A stretch of DNA of 64,000 nucleotides from Octopus vulgaris. Lineage: Eukaryota. Under the pieces are notes generated by a model. It ran no database searches, was not told the origin of the DNA, and was given only the letters and a program-made list of their open reading frames with translations. Of the stretch, positions 36,267-49,710 are shown in pieces; the first letter of the stretch is position 1; each line of letters starts with the position of its first letter. Position numbers and translations under genes: made by a program. The stretch is from the NCBI GenBank assembly GCA_951406725.2, contig OX597821.1, positions 95,232,001 through 95,296,000 on the forward strand, given 5' to 3'.

Positions 36267-39200
36267 ACAAGTATACCAGTGTCACAGCGATGGAACAGGA
36301 TGTGAGTTTTTGATTTAAAAGTGGAGGGTAGTATCAAATTTAGACCAAAGTCCACAAAGATAAATTAATTTGGGTCTCATTATCTTTTATCTTTTATAGA
36401 ATCCTTCCTTTTCGTGTTCTTTACTTTGTTCAATGTATTGGACAATTTTCAGCATAAATTACAAAACAAATATAAATTATAATTAATTTGAGTCACAGTT
36501 ACCAATTCATTGGACACCTCTAAAACGCATATATAACCAAGACCACATGATTCTGACTCAGTGTTTGCTCACAAGTCATAGAGAATGGCTGCGTCTTCTT
36601 GTAAATCTCAGAGAGCTAAGTAAATTGGTATTTTTTTACCAAGTGTTAGCAAAATTTTTTTTATCCATGCCAAAAATTAAGCATATTGAATATTGAATTC
36701 TTGAAAAATTTACTCAATGTGTGTTATTTACCTGTATTTTGGTATAAATAAAAAATAAAAATTTCAAAATAGTTTTACTTTTTTTTATCAGTGATTGAAG
36801 GGGTTAAAGTGAGTTAGTGTTGGTGGAGGGAGGGAAAGAAGAGACCGGAATAGATCAGTTGCCAGTAACAACCATTTTGACCCCTGTATGAAGCTCAGCT
36901 GGAAGTCAGTAGCCAAAGACATCATCATCATCATCGTGGAAGAAGTAGACCCAGAAAGACATGGGATATCACAGTGAAGCATGATCCTCAAAAGTTGGGC
37001 CTCACAGAGGCAATGACAAGCAACCGAGACCTTTGGTGATATGCCTTGCTTGAGAAGGCTCATCAAGCCAAATGAAATCATAGTTCTGGCTGATGCTGGT
37101 ATCAGGTAACCGGCACCCATGCCAGTAGCACATAAAAAAGCATCCATTACACTCTTGGAGTGGTTAGTGTTAGAAAGGGCATCCAGCTGTAGAAACCAGG
37201 CCAAATCCGACTGGAACTTGGTGCAGCTCTCTGGCTTACCTGTTCCAGTCAAACTGTCTAATCCATGCCAGCATGGAAAGCAGATGCTAAATGATGATGA
37301 TGATGATGATAATGATGATGACTTTTTCAATGCTCACATGGCCCAGACAGAATTTGTTGAGGCAAATTTTCTACAACTGGATGCACCCTTCCTGTTAGCT
37401 ACACTTTCAAGTTTCCAAGTAATGTAATATTTCCTCGTGACCGGAAATGTTTTCACAGAAGATTGAGAACAAAAGACACTTTGCATGACAGTGATGTCAA
37501 GGCAAGGAGACAGTAACACTCACACACACATAAATTAGAGAAGAACCACCATGTAGCAATTCAACAATGATATACTTAAATCATACTATATAGTAAAAAA
37601 TTAAAGATATGATAAAATATTTACATAAAACTCAATAAAGTACGAAATAATAAATAAATAGTATATAATTAGTAAATAGACTACATGTGTAGTAATGTAT
37701 ATCATCATCATCGTTTAACGTCCGTTTTCCATGCTAGCATGGGTTGGACGGTTCGACTGGGGTCTGGGAAGCCAGAAGGCTGCGCCAGGCCCAGTCTGAT
37801 CTGACAGTGTTTCTACAGCTGGATGCCCTTTCTAACGCCAACCACTCCGTGAGTGTGTATATATAAATATATAATGTATATCATATATATATATATATGT
37901 GATGGGTTTCTTTCAGATTCCCATCAACAAAATAAAAATCACAAGGCTTTGGTTGGCCTGGGGCTATAGTAGAAGACACTGTCCCTAAGTGCCAAGGAGT
38001 GGGACTGAAGCCAAAATAATGTGGTTAGGAAGCAAACTTCTTACTAAACAGCCACATCTCACAAAATCCTGAACTCATTAAGCACAAGTATCAAGCCAGA
38101 AAAGGATAAGATATGTGATTGTACATATAAGATAAAACATCCTTCCAAAGCATTGCTTACATGATTAGGGCTTCTCTCCTATTTCTTTACTACCCACAAG
38201 GGGCCAAACACAGAGAGGACAAACAAGGACAGACACACGGATTAAGTCGATTACATCGACCCCAGTGTGTAACTGGTACTTATCTAATCGACCCCGAAAG
38301 GATGAAAGGCAAAGTCAACCTCGGCGGAATTTGAACTCAGAACGTAACAGCAGACGAAATACGGCTACGCATTTCGCCTGGCATGCTAACGTTTCTGCCA
38401 GCTCGCCGCCTTTAGGGCCTCTCTCCTATCTGATGACAGACCTCAAGAAATGTTTTCTACTAACACCCATTGGCACCGAGTGGGACCAAGCAACAGAAAG
38501 TATTGTTAGCATCTATATATATCAAGAAATGAACAAGAGAGTCTCTACATGTTTATACAACTGGCTGAAAATAGTAACCAAATCTCCATTATGCCTGTGT
38601 TATTGTCATAACCAGGAACTAAAACAGAAAACAGGATATGCTAAGATGAAACAAGAGAACAGGCAAATGACGAACATAATGAGAATAATAGCCTTTCCAA
38701 ATTTAGACTTGGTGCTCTCGTAAGTCAAGTGTTACAGTTAATAAGACTGTTTCATATAATTTCCTCAGTATGTTACATCACATTTATTACAGACATGCAT
38801 ATAGTTCAGCAGATAGCACAAACTATATTGCTTAAGGGGAAAAAATATACTACAAGGTAACCTGGCAAGGATGCATTATGGAAGCCAAGTGAATTAATTA
38901 TATATAAGTAAATGTTATACAAGTGAACTACTGCTACCTTCATCAACAGTGATGAGGTGTAAAGCAAAATTTACTTCACTATATGACTAGAATAATTGAA
39001 AGCATTTAATTAACTTCATGAAAGTGGTAATAATATTAAAATAATAATAATGGGATGGGCTACTTGACTGGAAGAAAATTCTAACTGGGCCCCACCTGCA
39101 AGGTCATGTGTTTTTTATCTTGATATGACATCACCATATCATGCACATATAGTTGTGATGTACCCTTATCACAGAAGTAGTCATGATGGCTATATTGGGC

Positions 39201-39277
39201 TTTGTATATCTGTACTCCAGTGTCATTTTGATGGCATGCACTGTTCTCTCACTCAATAATAATGATAACAATAAATA

Positions 39278-39636
39278 ACAAGAGCACTCAGAGAGCACAA
39301 ACCTCTGCCAAGGCAGCACCAATGTCCTCTCAACGATTAGTCGGAGATGATTTTTAAAATGAGAATATCTGAAATAAACTTGACTGCTCTCACAAAGAAG
39401 GATACTAAAAATGAACCCAACCATTCTCAAAAATTAAGTAAAAAAAAAACAAGAAAAATGATCCAGAATCTTTCTCCGATAACGGATCGATCCTAAAATC
39501 TAATCAGTTCATGCCAGTCATGAGGCCAAACATCACTGAAAGTTTCTTCCGAATCCATCCAGCGGTTCTTGAGATATCTTGTCCACAGACAAACAAACAC
39601 GACTGAAAACAATACCTCCACCTTCACTCAAGCAGA

Positions 39637-39641
<5 letters not shown>
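39278..39641 (+). mobile_element. Non-autonomous Helentron/DINE-like element
   Basis: 5' ACCTCTGCC, internal ACAGACAAACAAAC microsatellite, and 3' hairpin TACCTCCACCTT..AAGCAGAGGTA. Confidence 0.5.
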
Positions 39642-39667
<26 letters not shown>

Positions 39668-39672
39668 GTAAT

Positions 39673-39990
39673 AAAAGATGAAATCACAAGAATGTGGTCA
39701 ATGAGAGAGTAACTGTCATCCCAGTAGTTGTAGGGTCACACAGAGCACTAACAACCAAGTTCAAGAAATATGTCAGAGAAATTGGAATTGACACGAGGGA
39801 AAGGATGCCCAAAAGACTGCTCTATTAGAGACAGCTAAGGTTTTGAGATTGATACTTGGGTGTTGAGTATCTTCCATGAAACTTCACACCTAGGTACCAA
39901 GTCTTATAATTTGGGGAAAGAGACTCTGTGAGACCTTTAGCAACAGGATGCTGTCCATTCTCACAGAATCAACCAGAGCAAGTAAAATAT
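39673..39990 (+). mobile_element. 3' fragment of an R4/Dong-like (restriction-like endonuclease) non-LTR element adjacent to (TAA)n
   Basis: Frameshifted KDEITRMW..VTVIPVVVG..QKTALLETAKVLR resembles the RLE C-terminus; directly preceded by (AAT)n. Confidence 0.55.
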
Positions 39991-40235
39991 AATACTGGCA
40001 GAAACGTTAGCAGGCCAGGCGAAATGCGTAGCTGTATTTCGTCTGCCGTTACGTTCTGAGTTCAAATTCCGCCGAGGTCGACTTTGCCTTTCAGGGTCGA
40101 TAAATTAAGTACCAGTTACGCACTGGGGTCAATAAAATCGACTTAATGCTTTGTCCCCTCTATGTTTAGCCTCTTGTAGGTAATAAAGAAAAATAAATAA
40201 TAGTAATAGTAATAATAATAGTGATAATAATAGTA

Positions 40236-40266
<31 letters not shown>

Positions 40267-40833
40267 TGATAATAATAATAATAACCCTTTTTATTATAAG
40301 CACAAAGCCTGAAATTTGGTGGGAGAAGGTTAGTCGATTTCATCAACACATGCTGAACTGGTACTTACTTCATCAACCCCAAAAGGACAAAATCCATAAT
40401 GACCTCTTACCTTAAAGTTCATCCTATCATCTTAAAAAAGAAGAGCATTTTGGATAATACAATCCTTTATACAAGGTCTGCAAAAATAAAAATAAAGAAA
40501 AGACTGGAGTGGCTGGAACACATCTAAACCAAAGACCTGTAGGATTAGGCTTCACATGGAACTGAACGAAACTAGATATACTATATATTACATATGCATT
40601 TTTTATACTCTTTCTCTTTTACTTGTTTCAGTCATTTGACTGCGGCCATGCTGGAGCACCACCTTTAATTGAGCAACTCGAACCCGGGACTTATTCTTTG
40701 GAAGCCTAGTACTTATTCTATCAGTCTCTTTTGCCGAACCACTAAGTTATGGGGATGTAAACACAGCACCATCGGTTGTCAAGCGATGTTAGGGGTGGGG
40801 GAACAAACACAGACACACAAACCTATACACACG

Positions 40834-40864
<31 letters not shown>

Positions 40865-42633
40865 ATATATATGATGGACTTCTTTCAGTGTCCGTCTACC
40901 AAATCCACTAACAAGGTTTTGGTCGGCCCGAGGCTATAGTAGAAGACACTTGCCCAAGGTGCCACACAGTGGGACTGAACCTGGAACCATGTGGTTGGTA
41001 AGCAAGCTACTTACCACACAGCCACTCCTGATGTTCAGTTTTATACTTCAATACTTGTGGCAAGCTACTGAAAGGGATTAATTGAATAAAATACCTGTTC
41101 CTCTTTAACATTTAATAAATAAAATATACACGCAAATAAATAAATAAAATATACAATTTATAAATGGATATTTAAACTATGTAGATTCCTACTCCGTATT
41201 CTGTGAACTAAGCAACTTGTTAGTGTTTCTGCAGATATGCAGACACAGTGGAAGTATTATAGCTCAGCTAAGTAAATGTCATGCTAGTTTAACTCTTGAA
41301 ATTCAGACAGTGAAAGTACTAGGGCAGGGTGATACAGACACTGCTTATTATATTAATTGATATGGGAAGTAGACACCAACAAAGTGTTTCTAAAGTGGTC
41401 ATTTGAGCCACTAGCAATACTAGTAAAATCTCTAGTCCTAGATATAGGATGTCTGAAAACAGTACAGGATGGTCATAGCTGGAACAAGTTTCATCAAAGC
41501 CTGGATATATTATGTCTCATCTTTTATCTTTTCCTTGTTTCAGCTGTGAGACTGCGGCCATGCTGGGGCACCACCTTGAAGAATTTTAATCAAATTAATA
41601 AACTCCAGTCCTTATGTTTCTTTTTTTTTTTTTAAGTCTGGTACTTATTCTATCAAGCTATTTTGCTGAACTGCTAAGTTACAGGGACAGAAACACATCA
41701 ACACTGGTTGTCAAGCAGTGGGGGTGGGGACAAACAGACACAAAGACACACACACACATGGTGAGCTGGCAGAACCATTAGCACGCCGGGCGAAATGCGT
41801 AACCATATTTCGTCTGCCGTTACGTTCTGTGTTCAAATTCCGCCGAGGTCGACTTTAACTTTCATCCTTTCGGGGTCAATAAATTAAGTACCTGTTACGC
41901 CCCGGGGTCGATGTAATCGACTTAAATTCGTTTGTCTGTCCTTGTTTGTCCCCTCTGTGTTTAGTCCCTTGTGGGTAATAAAGAAACATATATATATATA
42001 TATATATATACATAATATATCTTTATAAGCAAACCTGAAAGGCTTTGCGAGTTACAGAGAGAAAGCTACTATGGAAGGCTCATAGTATAATAACTGTATA
42101 TCATATATGTCATAATGATATTTATTCTCCGATTTGAAATGAGAATTTTTAAATATAAACAAATGATGAGCTAACCTCAGGCTAAATCAAACTCACAAAT
42201 CGATGCTTTCATGGCTCCTTGTGTATCTGATTGGCCAAACGATTACCCATCAATTTCAGTCAAATTTAGTTAATATACACATAAACTGTCTTGATACTAC
42301 ATAAGTAATATTTTTGTAAGCAAACCCAAAAGGCTTTGCGAGTTACAGAGAGAAAGCTACTATGGACGGCTCATAGTATAATAATTGCATATAATATATA
42401 TCATAATGATATTTATTCTCCGATTTGAAGCGACAATTTTTAAATGTATGTATGTATGTATGTATGTATGCACACACAACAGGCTCCTTTCAGTTTCCAT
42501 CTGCCAAATCCACACACAAAGCTTTGGTCAGCCCAAGGCTATAGTAGAAGACACTTGCTAAAGGTACCACACAGTGGGACTGAACCCAGAGCTATATGGT
42601 TGGAGAACAAACTTACCACACAGCCACACCATA

Positions 42634-43490
42634 TACAGGGTGCAGTGAATAAACTGTCGCCTAAATTACACAACAATGAAAATAACACTGACACCTCATT
42701 TTAACAGAAATATTTACCCAAATTACAGAAAAAGATCTTGAAATACTAAAGAGTAAATTTATTCAATAAAATTGCCATTGGCTTCAACCACGGCCTCCAG
42801 ATGATTTCGGAATCTCCTGCAACTCCTCTCAACAGTCTCCTTGTTTAAGTTGGTGAATGCTGCCATAATCCTTGCCTTCAGTTCAGTTCAACGAGGAGTT
42901 TTGTTGGTCTCTTACTCAACTGCACCCCACACATAATAATTAAGGGAGTTGCAGTCTGAGGAGTTAGGTGGCCAAATGTTAGAGGTGATGTGGTCACAGA
43001 AATTGTCTGACAGCCATGAATGGGTTCTCCTGCTTGTGTGGCATGGTGCAGAGTCCTGTTGCCAGACATAGGGTCTCCCAGCAGCCACCCTCTTGACCCA
43101 GGGCAGTACTACCTCCTCCAGGCATTTGATGTAGGCCTCTGTGTTGAGTTTAAAGCCATATGAGAAGATGAATAGAGGCATAATATTGCCATCACTAGTG
43201 ATCACTCCAAACACCATGATGTTAACTGACTGTGATTTTTATCACTCTCAGTACATGTCCTCAGAGTGACACCCAAATACTCTGAAATGTTCATATTGGA
43301 GCTTCTGGTGTGAATGCCAAGCAGTACAACATGTCACTTCTAAATTTCTGGCAGAGTGAATTGTGTCATGGTGCTGTTTTTCTTACAGACAGTGCCCAAC
43401 TGACTCTACTATACTGTGTAGTTGACAAAATCAAAAACAAACAATGTGCATATGTGAAATTAAAAATATAAAATGGCAATACCATCACAC
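42634..43490 (-). mobile_element. Decayed, internally deleted Tc1/mariner-superfamily element of the DD37D (maT) type
   Basis: ORF 42912-43217: QQDSAPCHT...WPPNSSDCNSLNYYVWG, with 37 residues between the second D and the mutated (N) third position. TACAGGGTG terminus. Confidence 0.75.
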
Positions 43491-44577
43491 AGAGTGGGAA
43501 TTTATTATTTTTGGACTTTTTCCCCAAATGTTTAAAATGCATATTTTCTGGTTCTCTAAACTCTAAAGATTACAAAGCAAACAACCTGAGTTTAAAATAA
43601 TGTACCGTTCAATTTTTATAGTTCTTTAACAATTTAACAAAAGTTATATATTTTTCTTTAGTATAAGACTGAATATATTTTTGTTCACAAAAAAGATTTT
43701 TAATCTGTTTGAACTTATCTAGAAGCATTTTTTATTGTCTTTCAGTCAAGCTACAGACTAGAGTGCACAGGCCAACATAAATTTGAGAAAATAGGTGATG
43801 CATGAAAAATATCCAAATTTTTGTTAAACTCCCTCAAACTTGATAATTTTTTTTAAAAATGACAAATTTTGAAATATTAAGGGCTAACATATTTGACATC
43901 CTGAACATTTTATGTAAACTGTGGGAAAAAATCAGTCCAAAGGAGTTAAGCGGCCACACACAAACTATAATTCCAATTTAGGTACCAAACATCAAAACCA
44001 ACCAAAATTGGGTAAGATCGATAGTTACTGACCCCCAATGCACTTTTTATTGGTATTTAGCCTATTTTACAGGGTAAAAATCTGATTAGAAAGGTCAGAT
44101 TCTGGCTTGGAGGATTTTGCCTTGCTTATCCCAAAATTGAAGAAGGACCAAAACATGAGATAACAAAAAGAAAATATTCCCAACAAATCCCTGGTTTGAA
44201 ACTTTACCATAGTCTACCCCACCCCCCAAAAAAGGAAAAAATACAATGAAAACCGTCTCCCCCTATGATTCAAAAAGAAAATCAGAATTATTTGCACTAA
44301 ATTGTAAAAACTGATCACTTATTCAGAAATATTAAATTTCTAAATGTCTCAAGGAGACATGAGCAGTGGTGGAGCGTAAGAGTGGTTGTACACTGTCAAC
44401 TTAACGTGACAGTCCCGTATGGGAATTACACCACCACTGTTTAGCCCTAGGAAGCATCAAACCACAACAAATATTGAAACAACAGTGCCAAGCAATAAAT
44501 ATGCGTAACTTGGACCAGTCAGTAATATAGTGATTCAATTCTTGATTGTTCTTCTGTCAAAGCAGACACCTTCTTAC

Positions 44578-44758
44578 GTTTTGAAGAACAAGCTGAACAA
44601 CTTGGGCTGGGACATTTCGAAGCAATTGTTGTATGCAACATGATGGACATTCTTCTGAAGATGCAATGGATGCTATCCTTGATTGAAAGCTGATGAGATC
44701 TTGCAGATAATCATTTTTAACTGCAATACACCAAAAAGGCAATTTTGGTCGATATGCC
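44578..44758 (-). CDS. Putative internal exon of a 75-aa upstream ORF (ORF1): (R)AYRPKLPFWCIAVKNDYLQDLISFQSRIASIASSEECPSCCIQQLLRNVPAQVVQLVLQN
   Basis: Poly-T tract then ATCAG| acceptor, AAC|GTAAGA donor, 181 nt, phase 2-0. Joins in frame to exon 1 (MDEPLFIS+AG) and to 33400 (FYHMML-stop). A unique-looking, more GC-rich island among repeats. Confidence 0.5.
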
Positions 44759-47700
44759 CTGATTTGGTTATTTGAACCATAAACAAAGAAAAAAATTAAT
44801 AATTTTGGTTCCAGCTGTTAGCCCTTAAAATTGTGGCTCAAATGAGTCCTCAACCACTATCAGGTGATTATTTTAACCCGAGATGTGAATTTCTTCCAGA
44901 ATTAGCCAATCTGGACACAATGTGCATCGCACCCAGTATATATTTTCAGGTTCAGTCCTACTGTGCAGCACCTGGGCAAATGTCCTCTCCTATACCTCCA
45001 GGTCAACCAAAGCTTTGTGAATAGACTTAGTGGACAGAAACCAGTCATATACATATATGTACATAAGTGCTGGTTCCACATAAAATGCACCCAGTTCATT
45101 TCGTAAAGTAAGTTGGCATTGGGAAGGGCATCCATCTATCAAAACCATGCCAAAACAGTCAGTGAAGTCTTCTAACTTCTAACTTACCAGAAAATCTATG
45201 ATTCACTGTGGAGGTTTCATAAGATCAAAACATGCCTGGAGTTGTCTTAATCAGGCTTGCTGAAATTAGTCTATGGCTAATAATAATATTAATCTTTAAT
45301 TGTTGTTATTTCTTTTCACTGCCAAATTAACCATCCCTAGTATTTTATATTCTCTGCATTAAATATATCAACACCTCAACACTTGAATATACTTAAATCA
45401 TACACACAAACACACATGTAAATGTTTAACCATCCAACCTATGACAGCAGAGAAGACGGACATTAAATGATGATGTAGAAGGGGTAGACCTAAGAAGAGA
45501 ACATGTAGAAGTAGTAGACCCAGGAAAATGCGAGACAAAGTGGTGAGAAAGGACTCACAGAAGGGATGACAGGGGATTGAGACAACTGGCAGTTTGCTGT
45601 GCTTGAAAAGATATGTGAAGCTAAGTAAAAGCATGGTTGCCCTTACAATCCCCTCCTGCTGAGTACCCCCTAATCATAAGTACTGGTGCCATGTAAAAAG
45701 CAACTGTATCAGTGCTGATTAAAAGCACCCAGTACACTCTGTAAAGTGGTTGACTTAAGAAGGGTATCCAGCTGTAGAAACCATAGGAAAACAGACATGG
45801 AGCTTGAAAAGCTCTTCAGCTGATCAGTTTCTGTCAAACTGTCCAACCTATGCCAGCATGCAAAATGGATGTTAAATGTTGATGAAGATGTTTACATATG
45901 TGGGTGGGTGTCTTTGTCTTGATATCACATGATGGTTGTAAGCAAGAGCCATTTATTTCCGATCTTCCGTAAAAAATATGGGAAATATTAGCTTACAGGA
46001 AGAACATCCAACTGTAGAGAATTTGCCTCATTGAATTCCATCTGACCATGCAAGCATGGAAAAGTAGACGTTAAAACAATGATGTTAATATATATAATTA
46101 CATATAATCATTAAGATATAATATACTTGATGATCATGACCAAAATATTTACTACAAGCCAACTCTGGAGTCTTTATGTTGTTGCTTGACTTGCCAGAAA
46201 TAGCAACTAAATGTACCTCAACTCACATTTTACTGCTTTAAAAAGGTAAAAAAAAGAAAAGCCTGTGACAAATGTAGTCCTAATTAAAGAAAGAAAAGTT
46301 ACAGATGGTCGATCAAGACTAACTTTTTTATCTTAAAAAATTCTTCAGTATTTTCAAAATTGATTGAAACAATGGGCCCCTGATTCAACAGAAATACACT
46401 ACAAATACAGTAACAAAAGGATGGCAGTTTCTTATAGACATCAAGTTGAGCAGGTACGTGTAGAAAATGTTGACAGGCATGGCTGTGTGATAAGAAATTT
46501 GTTCCCTAACCACATGGTTCCAGACTCAGTCCCACTGCAAGACACCTTAGACTTCTACTATAGTCTTAGGCTTACCAAAGCCTTGTGAGTGGATTTAGTA
46601 GAAAGAAACTGAAAGAAGCCTATTATACAGGTGTATATGTCACTGCATCTGTGTTTGTCTCCCACCACCACTTGACAACTGGTGTTGGTGTGTTTACATC
46701 CTAATAACTTAGCGGTTTGGCAAAAAAAACCGAGCTTTGAAAAATAAGTATTGGAGTCAATTCAATTAAAATTCTTCAAGACAGTGCCCCAGCATGGCCA
46801 CAGTCCAATAACTAAAACAAGATAAAAGATACCAAGAAAGGTGATTTTGATATGTTTTTAAAATTGTTAAAATGGTACTTCTTCAATGAAATTGCTTCAA
46901 TTTTAAGATAGTCTCATATCAAGTTGCTGGTTAGACAAGTACAACTCCAAATTTAAATTATTGTACATCTACATAGAGACTCTATTATCACTGCTTTTAC
47001 CATATACCAGAAAATCTATGATTCACTGAGGAGGTTTCATAAGATCAAAACATGCCTGGAGTTGTCTTAAGCAGGCTTGCTGAAATTAGTCTATGGCTAA
47101 TAATAATATTAATCTTTAATTGTTGTTTTTTCTCTTCACTGCCAAATTAACCATTTCTAGTATTTTATATTCTCTGCATTAAATATATCAACAACACCTC
47201 AACACTTGAATATACCTTAAATCATACACACAAACACACGTGTAAATGTTTAACGATACATACACAAATGTTATTATTTAGCTTAAGAGTGATGGTTTGG
47301 TGTAATGTTAGAGCGATGGGCAAACTAGTTTGTAGTATTTAGTTACAGACCTTTACACTCTGAGTTCAAATCCTGACAAAGTCAATTTTGACTTGCATCC
47401 CTCCGGGATCGATAAAATAATGTTCTAGTAATCGACTAACTGCCCTCTTCTCAAAACTGTTGGTACCTGAATTACAGTCATTAAATTTAAAGAAATAGTG
47501 TCCATAACTGTTTCAGGCAGTGCCACATAAACACAAACATGCAACACATATATACACTTATTATAGGGTTGAGACTGGCCTTATGTGTTTAAAACAGAGT
47601 TTGAAAAGCTGTTGTTAACTTAAATACTAATCATGTAATAGTCCAGTGTAGTATCTCTCTCTCTCTCTTTTACTTGTTTCAGTCATTTGACTGCGACCAT

Positions 47701-48898
47701 GCTGGAGCACCGCCTTTAATCGAGCAACTCGACCCCGGGACTTATTCTTTTGTAAGCCCAGTACTTATTCTATCGGTCTCTCTTTTGCCGAACCGCTAAG
47801 TGACGGGGACGTAAACACACCAGCATCGGTTGTCAAGCAATGCTAGGGGGACAAACACAGACACACAAACACACACACGCATATATATACACATATATAC
47901 GACGGGCTTCTTTCAGTTTCCGTCTACCAAATCCACTCACAAGGCATTGGTCGGCCCGGGGCTATAACAGAAGACACTTGCCCAAGATGCCACGCAGTGG
48001 GACTGAACCCAGAACCATGTGGTTGGTTAGCAAGCTACTTACCACACAGCCACTCCTGCGCCTATATATATGTATTTATTAATATGGATGAACATATGGA
48101 AGGCGGCCCGAGGCTATAGTAAAAGGTGCCACGCAGTAGGACTGAACCCGGAACCATGTGGTTTGTAAACAAGCTACTTACCACTTAGCCACTCCTGCGC
48201 CTAGTATGATAATATATATTTTGCTGTAGTACTAAAGTCTAACTATAAAAATAAACTCTAGCGTAAAAAATGTGACACTATAATCCTTTTTAAGAATGCA
48301 ACAAGTGTGTGCATGTACGAACGAGATTAAGAGCCGGAGATGAGTAAACAGGATGGAAGTTGCTGTTTAGTTCGTGGTCAACCTTGATACAGAAGAGCGA
48401 TGGTCAAAGGCATTTCAGCTGTGATCGTCTAGACTTAAGTTCAAATAATGCATGTAGCACAACACTATACAAAGTGTCCTTAGTTTGTTTGCTTAGTGTG
48501 ATAGGAGGGAGATTAGGTGGCTGTTTCTTGCAGGTTAAGTAACCAGGTATGAAACTCACCAATAAACTCATACATGGGTTATTCTACCAGCTCAAGTGTA
48601 GATGTGGAGAAGATACAAGAAGAAGAAAAAAAGGAATAGAGATTGGGAGAGAGAGATAAAAATAAAAAAAGGGGGAGGAAGAGACAGAAAGGGGATGAAA
48701 AATTGTTAATAACAGGGAGTGCGATTTCTGAAAAAATAGAGAGACTTATAGGAAGGAGAGAGAGACGTATAGGGAAAAAAGAATGATGTTGAATGATGAG
48801 AGATAGAATGACAAAATGATAGTGGAAAAGTCGAGGGACAAATATGGACAGAGGGGAGCAAAATGTAGTGAGAAAGAGAGAAAAAGATGAGATGAGAG

Positions 48899-49234
48899 GG
48901 CGATCTTTCGTCTCTAGTAGACCTTTCCGTCGATTTCCGTAAAAAAAATTTTTTTTTTTTTTACATATGGGCTTGCGGGAACTTTTGAAGTAACGAGAGC
49001 GAAAGAGACTAAGAGAAAGCGATTGTATGACGAGGGAAGTTCTTTTGAAGTTACCGTGCATGGGAAGCATTGATGTACATGTGTGTGTGTGTGTTTGATG
49101 GGGTGTGGGAGACAGACAGTATGTTGTGTAAGTGAAGTGCTTCTGTTAGTGTGTGTGTGAAGAGACAGAGAGAGAGTCCATGCACGGTAACTTCAAAAGA
49201 ACTTCCCTCGTCATACATGAGACGAAAGATCGCC
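48899..49234. mobile_element. GGCGATC-terminal MITE with 8-bp TSD GATGAGAG
   Basis: GGCGATCTTTCGTCTC ... GAGACGAAAGATCGCC, with GATGAGAG at 48891-48898 and 49235-49242. Confidence 0.8.
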
Positions 49235-49420
49235 GATGAGAGATATAGATAAGTATAAACACAAAACAGAAAAAGAAGAGCGAATGAAGTCACGGTTGGA
49301 ACGGTGAGAACGGGGTGGAAACGTAAACAGAAAGAATGAGAGAGACATGCTAATGAATTATGGAAAGAAAAACAGTGTGGTCCGACTTTTTAGATCAGAA
49401 AAATGTGAATTCAACCGTAC

Positions 49421-49600
49421 CTGGAGATAAACAGTGGCTCGTCCATCGAGTAAAAAATGCTGTCTGAATTCACTGTTGACTGATTCCACGAATATGTCAA
49501 ACAAGCATGTGACTCACAAAACAACATAAGATGAAAAACAAGCGAAAACGGTGAAAGAGAATGAGTAAGTGATTCGTGCATGTAAATAAATGGTCTTCTA
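49421..49600 (-). other. Putative first exon of the locus, with ATG at 49446 (MDEPLFIS); 5' end approximate
   Basis: CAG|GTACGG donor at 49421/49420. T-rich UTR-like sequence directly downstream of a CpG/ETS-rich promoter-like patch. Confidence 0.5.
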
Positions 49601-49710
49601 AGAGCCGTGCCTGTCCAACACAAGTTGATTCGTTCGTCACTTCCGGTTCGGTCTCGTTCGAACGTAACCGGATTTTCCTGCAACATCCGCTTTTGACGAA
49701 TTACTTCAAC
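49600..49710 (-). promoter_or_regulatory. Candidate housekeeping-type promoter
   Basis: Local CpG enrichment against a CpG-poor background; ETS/GABP consensus CCGGAAGT on the minus strand at 49639-49646. Confidence 0.5.

Noticed and set aside
33401-49420. GGGGCC hexanucleotide repeat like that in human C9orf72 intron 1
   Set aside because: No such repeat was seen in the 5' introns.
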